A stretch of DNA of 56,443 nt from Patescibacteria group bacterium (GTDB taxonomy: Bacteria; Patescibacteriota; Patescibacteriia; CAIXNZ01), in assembly GCA_028714455.1 (NCBI GenBank), contig JAQTMG010000006.1, positions 1 to 56,443 of the forward strand, given 5' to 3'. A program made the position numbers and the translations under genes. This document shows positions 18,814-27,518 of this stretch, one piece after another. Position 1 is the first letter of the stretch. Each line of letters opens with the position of its first letter. The notes under the pieces are model-generated. The model saw only the letters and a program-made list of their open reading frames with translations. It made no database searches and was not told the origin of the DNA.

Positions 18814-19191
18814 TTATTTATTTTCTTTTTCTATCTGTTCACTAAAAAGAGGATTTGCTTCTATCATTTTTTTCTTACGCGATTTCTTGGCTTCTGCGAT
18901 AAAGTCACGCGGAGGAACCAAATCTTCGGGGATTTCCACCCCATTTTTTTTATTCGTCCCGTGCGGATTCATTTCTGCCGAATGTTTGCCCAAAATTTTG
19001 CCGATATCCGACCTTAAACGACCTCTTACTAGCGGATCATGGGTAATCCCCTGCTCGTCGAAAATATTATCGCAAGCTTCTCTAAAGTCTTTGCGTGTCT
19101 TGCGCAATTCAGCCGAGATTTCTTTCGCCAGATCCTCAATGGTTTTTTCTCTTTCTACTCCTGATTCAAATTTTGGTGCGCCTTCTGCCAT
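18814..19191 (-). CDS. Hypothetical charged protein
   Basis: Start at MAEGAPKFESG (ATG 19191), just after the upstream stop at 19196. Confidence 0.5.
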   Translation of the reverse strand: MAEGAPKFESGVEREKTIEDLAKEISAELRKTRKDFREACDNIFDEQGITHDPLVRGRLRSDIGKILGKHSAEMNPHGTNKKNGVEIPEDLVPPRDFIAEAKKSRKKKMIEANPLFSEQIEKENK

Positions 19192-19195
19192 AAAA

Positions 19196-20782
19196 TTATT
19201 GGAAAATATCCTCCTTCTTTTCTTTAAAAAAAGCCAGCCACTCTTCAATCGCCTGCAAAATTATCTTGAGTGGCGCTTCAATCATAAAGTCAAAGATAAA
19301 AACAAACACATTCACGCGTGAAAAATTCAAGGATAAAAATCTGCCCATTCTGATAAAGGGCAGCGTGAAAAAATCGAAAATCTCGCCGGATATATTCTCT
19401 CTTTTTTTCAAAACAATCAATTCGCGCGCCAAGCCACGGATGCGTACGCCGAAAAAACTGACTATGCTGACAAAAAGCACAAACAGCAAAATACTCAAAA
19501 GGCTAAACTTTATCATCAGCAAAAAATAAACAATCAGGGCGAAAGGGATAATAAAGGAAACCAGATAAAAAAGGTTGTAGATAAGCCAGGTGAACCAATT
19601 CCTTTTTTTGATTTCACGGATGTAATTTATCTCCGGTACTTTGCCGGAAAGCAAATCCTCGATGCCGGCGATCATGGCCTGGGTATTTTTTTCGCTTGGG
19701 GTTCTGATGGTCGTGGCAATTAAGATCATTAAAAGCGGCGGGAAAGTAACGTTAACAATAGCCGCTACCCAGCTGAAAGTATGCAGCAAATACATATCGA
19801 AAGGAATTTCTAAGATGAGCGCCAAAAGCATCTTGGTCAGAAAGACGTAGACAATCGCACGCCAGATGTGGGTTCTTAAACGATGTTTCGTGTCTGAATA
19901 TTTTTTTTGACAAACCGCCCTAATTTTACTTTCTAAAATCTTTTGATCGTTAACGAGCTCCTGCGCCTTTCTTAAATCATCGTAAATTACTTCGCGCAAA
20001 ATAATAACCATGGTCGCGTAACGCCGACAAAAAGCCAAGAGTTTATTGGCCAGGCGGTGATTTATCTGCTTATCAATACTTTCTTTAATCTGATAAATCT
20101 GGTCGATAAATTGCGGCAAAAAAATCTGATAGTTATTCTGCCAATCAGGATGCCACAATTTGAGAATTAAAAATTCAAGCATCGGCTTGTCTGATTTTAT
20201 CAAACTTCTGTTAACCGCCAGATAAAGCTGCAGGTTTTTTTCACTTTCAGCCATAGTCTGCGAAACAATTTCTGTCCTGGCTTTCATTTCCTCAAACAAA
20301 AAACGGACAAAAACTCTGTCCTTGTTGGCGGGCACGATTGCCTCTTCTATCTCACAGGCGGCTAGACCCAAAATCCAATCGTAAAGATTTAAAGCATTGG
20401 CCAAGCCCTTTTGTCCCTCGACTCCGCTGTAAAGCAAGTCGTATTTTTCCACGACTTTGGCGACGTCATCAATTTTTGATTCCGGATATTTATTAGTCTC
20501 GAGATAACCGGCCGAAACCAGTTCCTTTAAAACATTTTCTGAAATTTTCTGATAATCGCGGCTTTCTAAAAATCGTCTTTTTAATATTCTAAAAATAGCA
20601 CTCTTCCTCAATAAGTGCTCCTCTTTGTAATCAATAATCGTCCTAATTTTTTCGTACATGAGAGCGACGGCGCTGGTCATCAAATTGACCCTAATCAGCT
20701 CCTCGCCCTCTTTTTTAACGATTTTATCGCGAGAATCAGCGGCATATAAGCCGTCCAATATACCCGCCAGTTTTTGTATCAT
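19196..20782 (-). CDS. Hypothetical large membrane protein
   Basis: 528 aa. Soluble N-terminal half, about 5 TM in the C-terminal half. No family assigned with confidence. Confidence 0.6.
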   Translation of the reverse strand: MIQKLAGILDGLYAADSRDKIVKKEGEELIRVNLMTSAVALMYEKIRTIIDYKEEHLLRKSAIFRILKRRFLESRDYQKISENVLKELVSAGYLETNKYPESKIDDVAKVVEKYDLLYSGVEGQKGLANALNLYDWILGLAACEIEEAIVPANKDRVFVRFLFEEMKARTEIVSQTMAESEKNLQLYLAVNRSLIKSDKPMLEFLILKLWHPDWQNNYQIFLPQFIDQIYQIKESIDKQINHRLANKLLAFCRRYATMVIILREVIYDDLRKAQELVNDQKILESKIRAVCQKKYSDTKHRLRTHIWRAIVYVFLTKMLLALILEIPFDMYLLHTFSWVAAIVNVTFPPLLMILIATTIRTPSEKNTQAMIAGIEDLLSGKVPEINYIREIKKRNWFTWLIYNLFYLVSFIIPFALIVYFLLMIKFSLLSILLFVLFVSIVSFFGVRIRGLARELIVLKKRENISGEIFDFFTLPFIRMGRFLSLNFSRVNVFVFIFDFMIEAPLKIILQAIEEWLAFFKEKKEDIFQ

Positions 20783-20832
20783 ATGGCTTAATTATAGCAA
20801 ATATAGGCGAAAAATGAAAGGCTGTCGGGCAG

Positions 20833-20860
20833 ACAAAAAAGAAGCTGTTTAAGCTTCTTT
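20833..20860 (-). terminator. Intrinsic terminator
   Basis: AGAAGCT-GTTTA-AGCTTCT followed by U6 on the minus strand. Confidence 0.65.
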
Positions 20861-20869
20861 TTATAGAAA

Positions 20870-22219
20870 TTAATACTGTAAAACTGTTTTAACGGCCCTG
20901 GTTTCTGAATATTTATGCTCGATAATCTTTTCAATGTTGTAAGTTCCGTATTTGGGTCCTTCTAAAAATCCCTCCATGGCCGCCTCGGCAAACCAGCCGG
21001 AGTCCAGCCAATCAAAGAGCCACTGGTCAGTGTAACGCGGGTCTTCTTGGTCAGTGCCCGAAGCAATGGTCGTCAGCCATTTTCGGTTAAATTCTTCTTG
21101 AGAACCGATCGGCGGCGTCATGATAATCGGCAAGCCCAAGGCAGTGTAAAAAGATAATTCGCTGGGTTTTGTCCATAATATGTCGGTCGTTCTCAAGGCG
21201 TGATCGAATTTATTGAAATATTCTTCTTTGGAGCCGGCAAAAATTATTTTTATATTGTCCCCCAGATACCTGCCCAGACCCATCTCTTCTATTTTTTGCT
21301 TGAAATACTGATGGACTTCGTTGCGAATACCGGCGACCAGAATAATTCTCATCTGTTTTTTCATGATTTTTCGGCGCAAACTCGAAACGATCTTCACGCC
21401 GATGTCGCGCTGCGCGCCGGCGCCTCCCACCGCGAAGGTAATGGTCAGTGGGTGATGCTTGTGCGTGGGAAAATTCTTTTCTCCCAGCTGTTCGGATATC
21501 GTTTCTCTAAAATATTTCATGTACCTATTTTGCGGATCCAGGTTAAAAAGGCGGTGGCCCAAATCTTCTTTTAGAGTTGCGAGTCTTGGCCCTCCCAGAT
21601 TTTCAGTCGGCAGGGGAAAACCCGTTAAAAATATCTTTTCCGGACGAACCCCGTAAAGTTTCAGGCGCTGTTCGACGCGATAATTGGGCGCGAAGTAATT
21701 AATGCGGCTCTGGGCCGGACTAACAGAAGCCCATGTCCTGGAAACATCCGTATCAGTGGCCAGACAATAAATATCCTGGCTGTATTTGTAATGCTCGGCC
21801 ATAAAAGCGACCACAAAAAACGTCGTAACTATGGGGAGCGGTTTTTTCTCCAGACGCTGGATCAAGTCTCTGCCCCAGTTCTTTTTTTCAATCAGGCGCA
21901 TGAAATAATCCAACTGCACATTGGGTTTTGATAAGTCTCGCTTCGGATAAAAATTAGGAATCTGCTGAAACTTGTCAAAAAATTTCCAGATGGTTTCTCC
22001 GATTAGCGGCGTTTTTTTAAACTTTGAAATAAATTCGTAGGATTCTCGACTGTCGCGCCAGATTTTTCTGTCAGAACTGGTAATGCCCGGATAGCTGTTG
22101 GCGTTGATGATTTTCCCCTGATACGCCAAAACACGCAACGGATAAGCCGCGCGCTGATGTCCATAGCCCATATCAACTGCGATCACATAGGCCTTCGCAT
22201 TTTTTATTTTTTTTGGCAT
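20870..22219 (-). CDS. Putative GT-B glycosyltransferase (MGDG-synthase/UgtP-like), tentative
   Basis: 449 aa. N-terminal VIAVDMGYGHQRAA resembles the G-x-GH-xxAA loop of GT28-type lipid glycosyltransferases. Confidence 0.45.
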   Translation of the reverse strand: MPKKIKNAKAYVIAVDMGYGHQRAAYPLRVLAYQGKIINANSYPGITSSDRKIWRDSRESYEFISKFKKTPLIGETIWKFFDKFQQIPNFYPKRDLSKPNVQLDYFMRLIEKKNWGRDLIQRLEKKPLPIVTTFFVVAFMAEHYKYSQDIYCLATDTDVSRTWASVSPAQSRINYFAPNYRVEQRLKLYGVRPEKIFLTGFPLPTENLGGPRLATLKEDLGHRLFNLDPQNRYMKYFRETISEQLGEKNFPTHKHHPLTITFAVGGAGAQRDIGVKIVSSLRRKIMKKQMRIILVAGIRNEVHQYFKQKIEEMGLGRYLGDNIKIIFAGSKEEYFNKFDHALRTTDILWTKPSELSFYTALGLPIIMTPPIGSQEEFNRKWLTTIASGTDQEDPRYTDQWLFDWLDSGWFAEAAMEGFLEGPKYGTYNIEKIIEHKYSETRAVKTVLQY

Positions 22220-22265
22220 GGGAAATATCTTTATCTTATTATATCAAAAAATCCCCCTCTATTCA

Positions 22266-22907
22266 CTATTTTTCATTTTCAAATTCAATCGTGTCTTTTT
22301 TCGTGTTTAAAGCTCGCCAAAAACCAAGATGTTTAAAAAGGCGCAATTTTATTTTGGGAAAAACATCATATTCCAAACTGCCCGATTCTGGCAGATTTTC
22401 CAGCAGATTATTTTGGTTAAAAAAATACCAGCCAGTGCTCACCCACTCCTTCATGATTGGTTTTTCTTTAAAAACCGCGAAGCCGTTTTCTTCTTCAACC
22501 AAACCAAAGGGCAGACGTTGATGAGCCACGCAAATCACTTCTGCCGCATCTTTTACCAATTTTGAAATGTCTATATCCGTCAAGTCATCGCAGTTCAAAA
22601 CCAAAGCAAAATCTGACTGCCCAAAATTTTCTAGCGCCAAACGAAGCGCGCCGGCGGTGCCGATCGGCTCTTTCTCGATTGAAAAAAAGATGGGTACGTG
22701 ATAATCAGAATAATTTTTTTTAATAAAATCAATTACTTCATCAGCCCGATGACCCAGTGACAAAATTATTCTGTCTATTTCTTTAAATTTTTTCAGATAA
22801 TCAAACTGGTGAGCCAAGATGGCTTTGCCTCTGGCCGGCACAAGCGGCTTGGGTAACTCGTGCTCCATCCTGTTTCCCTTACCACCAGCTAAAATAATTG
22901 CGTCCAT
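22266..22907 (-). CDS. Sugar-phosphate nucleotidyltransferase
   Basis: MDAIILAGGKGNRM signature, 213 aa. Confidence 0.8.
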   Translation of the reverse strand: MDAIILAGGKGNRMEHELPKPLVPARGKAILAHQFDYLKKFKEIDRIILSLGHRADEVIDFIKKNYSDYHVPIFFSIEKEPIGTAGALRLALENFGQSDFALVLNCDDLTDIDISKLVKDAAEVICVAHQRLPFGLVEEENGFAVFKEKPIMKEWVSTGWYFFNQNNLLENLPESGSLEYDVFPKIKLRLFKHLGFWRALNTKKDTIEFENEK

Positions 22908-22960
22908 GACATTAGAATTAAGAATATAGAATTGAGAACAAAGAATATGGAATAAAAAAT
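22908..22960 (-). repeat. ATTCT word module abutting a start codon
   Basis: Minus strand attctttgttctcaattctatattcttaattctaatgtcATG. Confidence 0.55.
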
Positions 22961-23440
22961 TTATAATTTTCTGGAATCAGTTATTGGTTTTAAAATATCG
23001 AAACTGTTAAATTTACTTTCTTGAAAATCTTTAATCTCTTTTATGATATCTACGTCACGCAAATTTTCACCCAAAGCTCTTACTTCATCTAGGGAAAACC
23101 ACTTGGCATCCAATAATTCTTTTTTGTCAAAAGAAATTTTATCGCTTAAAGACTTAGCGGCGAAAATAAATTTAATCGCGTGGTGCAAGATGTCGTTATG
23201 AAATTTCAGAAGAGGATATATTCCCAATAAACCAATTATTTCTACATCTAATCCAGTTTCTTCTTTGGCTTCACGCCTAGCGCCCTCAATAATATCTTCC
23301 CCTAAATCTAACCAGCCGGCTGGTTGATTCCACTTACCTCGTTCTTTTTGCGCCTCCTGAACAAGTAAAAATTTTCCATCTTTTTCTATTATCATTCCTA
23401 CCACCACAAATGGTTGTGTAAAAACCCTTGTATTTCCCAT
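22961..23440 (-). CDS. NUDIX hydrolase
   Basis: Nudix box GGWLDLGEDIIEGARREAKEETGL. First ATG at 23440; the ORF-track start is TTG. Confidence 0.85.
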   Translation of the reverse strand: MGNTRVFTQPFVVVGMIIEKDGKFLLVQEAQKERGKWNQPAGWLDLGEDIIEGARREAKEETGLDVEIIGLLGIYPLLKFHNDILHHAIKFIFAAKSLSDKISFDKKELLDAKWFSLDEVRALGENLRDVDIIKEIKDFQESKFNSFDILKPITDSRKL

Positions 23441-23454
23441 AGTTAAAATGTTAA

Positions 23455-24852
23455 TTACCAAACTTTATCGATGACTGGAATATTTTTATTCAGGCCTCCG
23501 TAATGAAAAACAGTATAAAGTTTGCCCGAATTATTATCACCGTCAAAATAAAAGCCGACTCCCACGTGAGTCAGATGATCGTGCATAATTGTCTGATAAT
23601 GTATACCATTAGCCGCTTCTTCGCTCATGTAATAATCAAATAAATCATCCATGGAAGCCATGACGCTTTCATTGATTCCTTGAGTTCGGTTGTAATTTCC
23701 GCCGCCGATGTTTTCATAGAGCCAGCCCCAGGTTTCGCGAAAGCCGATTTTAAAATTCTGCCAGACCCATTCTCTGGCAATCATATTGACGGGCAACCTG
23801 GTGTGAGTAATTTGACCCTGATTATGCATTTCATTGGCCCAGACCGAAGCAGTATCAATCATTCTCTGGTCAGAAACAATGGCGGGTTTTCCCCTCTTTG
23901 TCCTTTCATAATTTATTCTATCCAAAACATGTTGCATGACAATTTTGTAGTTGAAACCGCTTGGCACACTGCCCTTTTGGAAAGTACCGTCACCGGGAAT
24001 TTGTGAACCTGTGGAAGTAAATAAAGCGCCAACAAAAGTGTCGGCAACTGACGAAGGGGTTGATGGGGTTTGTGAAGTTGATGGAGTTGAGCCGCTCGGC
24101 ACCACAACCAATTCAGCTGAAGCTAATCTGGCCAAATCAGAATCAGTAATGCCCAGACCCAGTGAACGCATAATTTCATAAGCAGCCGCGCCATCTTTCA
24201 GATAATATCTTTTGTTTGTTTTGGGATAAATATACCAGGCCTCGCCATGTTGCTGAACTTGTAGCAAAATTCTGCCGCTCAAACGGCTGCGCAACGCCGT
24301 ATCACCAGTAAAAGTATCAGTATTAGTTGGAATTTTAGCTAAATCCGCGTCGGTGATGCCAAGGCCAAAAGAGCGCATCATCTCATAAGCAATTGGGCCA
24401 TCTTTCATGTAATATCTTTTGAAATTTGTCGGATTGACATACCAGGCCTCACCTCGCTGTTGAACTTGGAGTAAAATATAACCCTTGAGCCAGGCCAAAG
24501 AAGTTGATGAGGTTGATGAGGTTTGTGGGGTTGATGGAGTTGATGGCGTTGATGAGGTTAAGGCCTTATCAGTGATGGTAAAAAATGTTTCGCCTGACCA
24601 GCCGATTGTGCCATTAGGCGCTATTACTTTATACCAGCCATCGGTTTTGTCAGTAATTTGCACAACCCAACCCTTTTGCAGAGTAGTTAAAATTTTACCA
24701 GTAGCTACACAAGCCTGGTCTCTGACCCAGACAGCCGATGTCACCTCTCCCTTGGCCGCGTAAGAATAAACCGGGTCACAACCGCAACAGCCGGCTTGAG
24801 AAATTAGCGGAATCAATAACCCTAAAGCTAAAAATATAATTATTTTTTTCAT
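23455..24852 (-). CDS. Secreted SH3-like plus tandem-repeat plus CAP/SCP-domain protein
   Basis: Signal MKKIIIFLALGLL. SH3b-like GWYKVIAPNGTIGW. Two about-70-aa repeats (ILLQVQQ[RH]GEAWY...GLGITD[AS]DLA). Ser/Thr/Pro linkers. C-terminal CAP motifs. Confidence 0.75.
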   Translation of the reverse strand: MKKIIIFLALGLLIPLISQAGCCGCDPVYSYAAKGEVTSAVWVRDQACVATGKILTTLQKGWVVQITDKTDGWYKVIAPNGTIGWSGETFFTITDKALTSSTPSTPSTPQTSSTSSTSLAWLKGYILLQVQQRGEAWYVNPTNFKRYYMKDGPIAYEMMRSFGLGITDADLAKIPTNTDTFTGDTALRSRLSGRILLQVQQHGEAWYIYPKTNKRYYLKDGAAAYEIMRSLGLGITDSDLARLASAELVVVPSGSTPSTSQTPSTPSSVADTFVGALFTSTGSQIPGDGTFQKGSVPSGFNYKIVMQHVLDRINYERTKRGKPAIVSDQRMIDTASVWANEMHNQGQITHTRLPVNMIAREWVWQNFKIGFRETWGWLYENIGGGNYNRTQGINESVMASMDDLFDYYMSEEAANGIHYQTIMHDHLTHVGVGFYFDGDNNSGKLYTVFHYGGLNKNIPVIDKVW

Positions 24853-24865
24853 AAAATCTTTAAAA

Positions 24866-25351
24866 TTATTTGGCAACCACTAACCCACCGTAAAAATTAT
24901 GGATAAAAACGACTTTATTTTTATAAAATATTTTTTCACTGCCTAAAAAATTCGTAATATCGCCTTGCCATTTACATTGATATAGCCAATCGCCCTGCTT
25001 AAATTTTTTGGGGCCGCGCGGCTGAAATAATTTTTTCTTTTCCCCGGCCGATAAAGCTTTCTTTAAAAAATTAAAAGTTTCATGGCTAAATTTAAAATTA
25101 TGGTGATATTTTTTTACCATACCTCCGCCATAAATCTGGTTCCAAACCGGTTTCTTTTTATACCAAACAACTTCCCTGCCCCAGGATTGAAAAAATCCAG
25201 TATAACTATCTTTATAAAACCAATCGCCCTGTTTGTATTCTAATTCTGTAAATCCCGGCTCCTCCGGGTCAACTTCTGGCCCACCACCAGCATAAGTAGC
25301 CAAGGCCGCTTTACCCAAGAATCTATTCAATTTCTTTAAAAAATCTTTCAT
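24866..25351 (-). CDS. Hypothetical protein with internal duplication (GDW[FL]Y..G motif twice)
   Basis: 161 aa. KQGDWFYKDSYTGFF and KQGDWLYQCKWQGDI half-repeats. Confidence 0.55.
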   Translation of the reverse strand: MKDFLKKLNRFLGKAALATYAGGGPEVDPEEPGFTELEYKQGDWFYKDSYTGFFQSWGREVVWYKKKPVWNQIYGGGMVKKYHHNFKFSHETFNFLKKALSAGEKKKLFQPRGPKKFKQGDWLYQCKWQGDITNFLGSEKIFYKNKVVFIHNFYGGLVVAK

Positions 25352-25403
25352 AATTTAATATTATTCTACCTTAATCATACTAAATTTAGCCCAAATTCAC
25401 AAA

Positions 25404-25431
25404 TGAAAAAGCGTCCCTTGCGAGACGCTTT
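25404..25431 (-). terminator. Intrinsic terminator
   Basis: AGCGUC..GACGCU stem followed by U5 on the minus strand. Confidence 0.6.
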
Positions 25432-25439
25432 TGGTGACG

Positions 25440-25769
25440 TTATTTCGGCAAATATTTTGCCAAATCTCTTAAGAGGCTGATCATACGGTTCTTCAACGAA
25501 TCATTGAGACGAGCAGATGCTTCTCTGGGATCGACCACGTCACAATCGTGTGGCGGCTCTTCTTCCGAAAGGACGTCCCAAACGATCAAAAAAAGACCTG
25601 GTCTGATGAACTTATCGCTCTCCTGAAAAATCTTGAAAATCATTTTTCTCGCTGCTTCCGTATCCGGTTCATGCCCGACCATGGCATAGAAAGAATCGAC
25701 AACGGCCTGGCGATACTTTCTGACGGCCTCCCGAAAATTTTGATCGGATTCCTCCTCCTTGTCTGACAT
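25440..25769 (-). CDS. Hypothetical acidic protein (orphan with strong SD)
   Basis: 109 aa. AAAGGAGGGTAAAA-ATG. Own promoter (TTGACA at 25842..25837) and terminator. Confidence 0.55.
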   Translation of the reverse strand: MSDKEEESDQNFREAVRKYRQAVVDSFYAMVGHEPDTEAARKMIFKIFQESDKFIRPGLFLIVWDVLSEEEPPHDCDVVDPREASARLNDSLKNRMISLLRDLAKYLPK

Positions 25770-25851
25770 TTTTACCCTCCTTTGCTTCGTTTTGAATTTT
25801 TCTATCTAATTAGTATTTATCATATTAAACTCATCCTGTCAAGCGTTCAAA

Positions 25852-25888
25852 AACAAAAAAATCGCTTCAAGCGAAGTGATTTTTTTCT
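25852..25888. terminator. Bidirectional-looking hairpin terminator
   Basis: 7-bp stem TCGCTTC/GAAGTGA with loop AAGC, flanked by A7 and T7. Confidence 0.55.
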
Positions 25889-25916
25889 TAGCAGGGGCTC
25901 GTAGAGGATGTTAGAA

Positions 25917-26297
25917 TTAAGCTTCAAGAACGTCCTTTAACCTTATTAAAACCGTTTGTTGGAATGGAGATTTAATGCCATTTTCATCCCATTCAAAATA
26001 AATTAGTTCAGTATTATTTGTGTCAATTGGCTTATAGGTATATCTAACATGATATGTTCCGTTAATCATTTTTAATTCAAACAGCTCGTTCTGCTTTAGA
26101 TCTATAACTTTATATTCATTCCAAACCCCATCATTGCCGATATTCCTATATCTAGATCCGACTTTTATCGGCCACTCATTTGTTTCCTCCTTCTGCACAT
26201 TATCAATCCAAAGATGAGTGTTTTTCGGGTTTATGGTGAATTCAAACACTTCACTAATAGGTCTTTTTATTTCTATTGAAATTTTATTCTCTTTCAT
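25917..26297 (-). CDS. SRPBCC-superfamily (START/AHSA1-like) protein
   Basis: 126 aa. Pattern IEIKRPISEVFEFTINPKNTHLW typical of SRPBCC N-termini. Confidence 0.65.
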   Translation of the reverse strand: MKENKISIEIKRPISEVFEFTINPKNTHLWIDNVQKEETNEWPIKVGSRYRNIGNDGVWNEYKVIDLKQNELFELKMINGTYHVRYTYKPIDTNNTELIYFEWDENGIKSPFQQTVLIRLKDVLEA

Positions 26298-26369
26298 ATT
26301 TACATTATATCACCTTGGTTCGATTCCTTTGTGGGTTACAAAAAAATAAATGTTAGTATTTATATTATA

Positions 26370-26392
26370 ACAAAAAAAGAGCAAATGCTCTC
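26370..26392 (-). terminator. Intrinsic terminator closing the tRNA-Trp transcription unit
   Basis: AGAGCA/TGCTCT stem followed by U7 on the minus strand. Confidence 0.55.
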
Positions 26393-26505
26393 TTCTTGTA
26401 AAATTTTTGCAGGTCTGCACCTGCCGAAGTCTGCCGAATTTTAACATGCGCGAAAGTCTGCCTTCGCAATCCCAGCCGTGCTGGTCTTGCTTCGGCAGAC
26501 GAAGG

Positions 26506-26576
26506 CAGGGGCGGTAGGAATCGAACCCACGTCCACGGTTTTGGAGACCGTCATACTACCATTGTACTACGCCCCC
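26506..26576 (-). tRNA. tRNA-Trp(CCA)
   Basis: 71 nt. Acceptor GGGGGCG/CGCCCCT, anticodon loop CTCCAAA, T-arm GTGGG-TTCGATT-CCTAC. Confidence 0.9.
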
Positions 26577-26691
26577 GGGAATAAATGCTATAAAAAAATT
26601 TTATCATTTTTTCAAAAAAATATCAATTGTATTGTATTTTATCCATTTTAAAGATAAAATTAAATTATTAATTGTGTTAACTACAACATAT

Positions 26692-26976
26692 ATGAAACCA
26701 GAACAACCGCCAGTAGAAAAGGAGCAAACACCAGAAGAAATAAAATCGATACTAGAAAGTGCTTTAAAAAATGAACAGCACGTTGATTTAGTAATTGTTA
26801 ATTCTGAAGGAAAACCAGAGCCAACCCCTGATTTAATTGTTGAAGAACTGGAAAATGACTACGCCATGATGACATATATTGATAGTGATGGCGACCTAGG
26901 AGAATCAATTCCTCTTGATTTGAAACGTGTAAAAAAAGCGACCTTAAGAGCCAAGGCAGAGAAAACTGATATATAA
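26692..26976 (+). CDS. Hypothetical acidic protein (only plus-strand CDS)
   Basis: Start taken at MKPEQPPVEKEQ. Followed by a terminator at 26988..27016. Confidence 0.5.
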   Translation: MKPEQPPVEKEQTPEEIKSILESALKNEQHVDLVIVNSEGKPEPTPDLIVEELENDYAMMTYIDSDGDLGESIPLDLKRVKKATLRAKAEKTDI

Positions 26977-26987
26977 CCTTCCATAAA

Positions 26988-27016
26988 TAAAAAACTCCCG
27001 CATGTAGGAGTTTTTT
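26988..27016. terminator. Bidirectional terminator between convergent genes
   Basis: AAAAACTCC-CGCATGT-AGGAGTTTTT. Confidence 0.65.
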
Positions 27017-27042
27017 ATTGTATCCAATGGCACGGTTTGCAT

Positions 27043-27198
27043 TTATTTTGTTTCTTTGTGTTCTGTGTGTTTTTTGCAGTGTTTGCAGTATTTATTCAAG
27101 TGCAATCTCTCCTTGAGAGTTTTTTTATTTTTGTAGGTATGATAATTGGTTTTCTTACATACCGTGCATTCTAACTTGATCAGGTTGTCTTGTGACAT
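27043..27198 (-). CDS. rpmG: 50S ribosomal protein L33
   Basis: Own translation, 51 aa: [51 protein letters not shown]. Cys-x2-Cys pairs and length typical of L33. Below the ORF-track size cutoff. Confidence 0.85.
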   Translation of the reverse strand: MSQDNLIKLECTVCKKTNYHTYKNKKTLKERLHLNKYCKHCKKHTEHKETK

Positions 27199-27218
27199 AA
27201 ATATACTATTAAATATTA

Positions 27219-27308
27219 AATTCTAAATACTAAATCCTAATTTCTAAACAAATTCTAAATTCTAATATACAAATGTTTTAGAGTTTAGATATTAGAGTTT
27301 AGGATTTA
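27219..27308. repeat. TTCTAAA/CTAAAT word spacer with inverted TTAGAG words
   Basis: attctaaatactaaatcctaatttctaaacaaattctaaattctaat followed by ttagagtttagatattagagtttaggattt. Confidence 0.5.
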
Positions 27309-27313
27309 CCGTG

Positions 27314-27386
27314 AGCCACCTCTCGGATTCGAACCGAGGACCTACTGTTTACAAAACAGTTGCTCTACCAGCTGAGCTAAGGTGGC
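27314..27386 (-). tRNA. tRNA-Thr(UGU)
   Basis: 73 nt. Acceptor GCCACCT/AGGTGGC, anticodon loop TTTGTAA, T-arm CTCGG-TTCGAAT-CCGAG. Confidence 0.9.
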
Positions 27387-27466
27387 AAAATTTTATTTTA
27401 TTTTCAAACTCTCGGTGTTGTTACCTTAGCGAAATCGTCCATAATTATTTAATATCTAGATGCCTG

Positions 27467-27512
27467 CCCCGCATATCGAGCGAAGCGAGATGTTGCGGGG
27501 AGCTAAGGTGGC
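27467..27512 (-). other. 13-nt duplicate of the tRNA-Thr(UGU) 5' end fused to a CCCCGCA/TGCGGGG hairpin
   Basis: Minus strand GCCACCTTAGCTC (27512..27500) equals the first 13 nt of the tRNA at 27386. It runs directly into CCCCGCA-21 nt-TGCGGGG. Confidence 0.6.
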
Positions 27513-27518
27513 AAATAT

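Noticed and set aside
19196-20782. Possible match of the 528-aa membrane protein to the so-called site-specific recombinase family (PF10136-like).
   Set aside because: This rests only on a vague recollection of overall architecture. I could not point to any conserved motif, so it is left as hypothetical.
26310-26340. Plus-strand GGTTCGATTCC string that looks like a tRNA T-loop.
   Set aside because: The flanking bases do not form a T-stem (CTTGG versus CCTTT) and no acceptor, D or anticodon arms can be drawn. It is probably chance or a highly decayed fragment.
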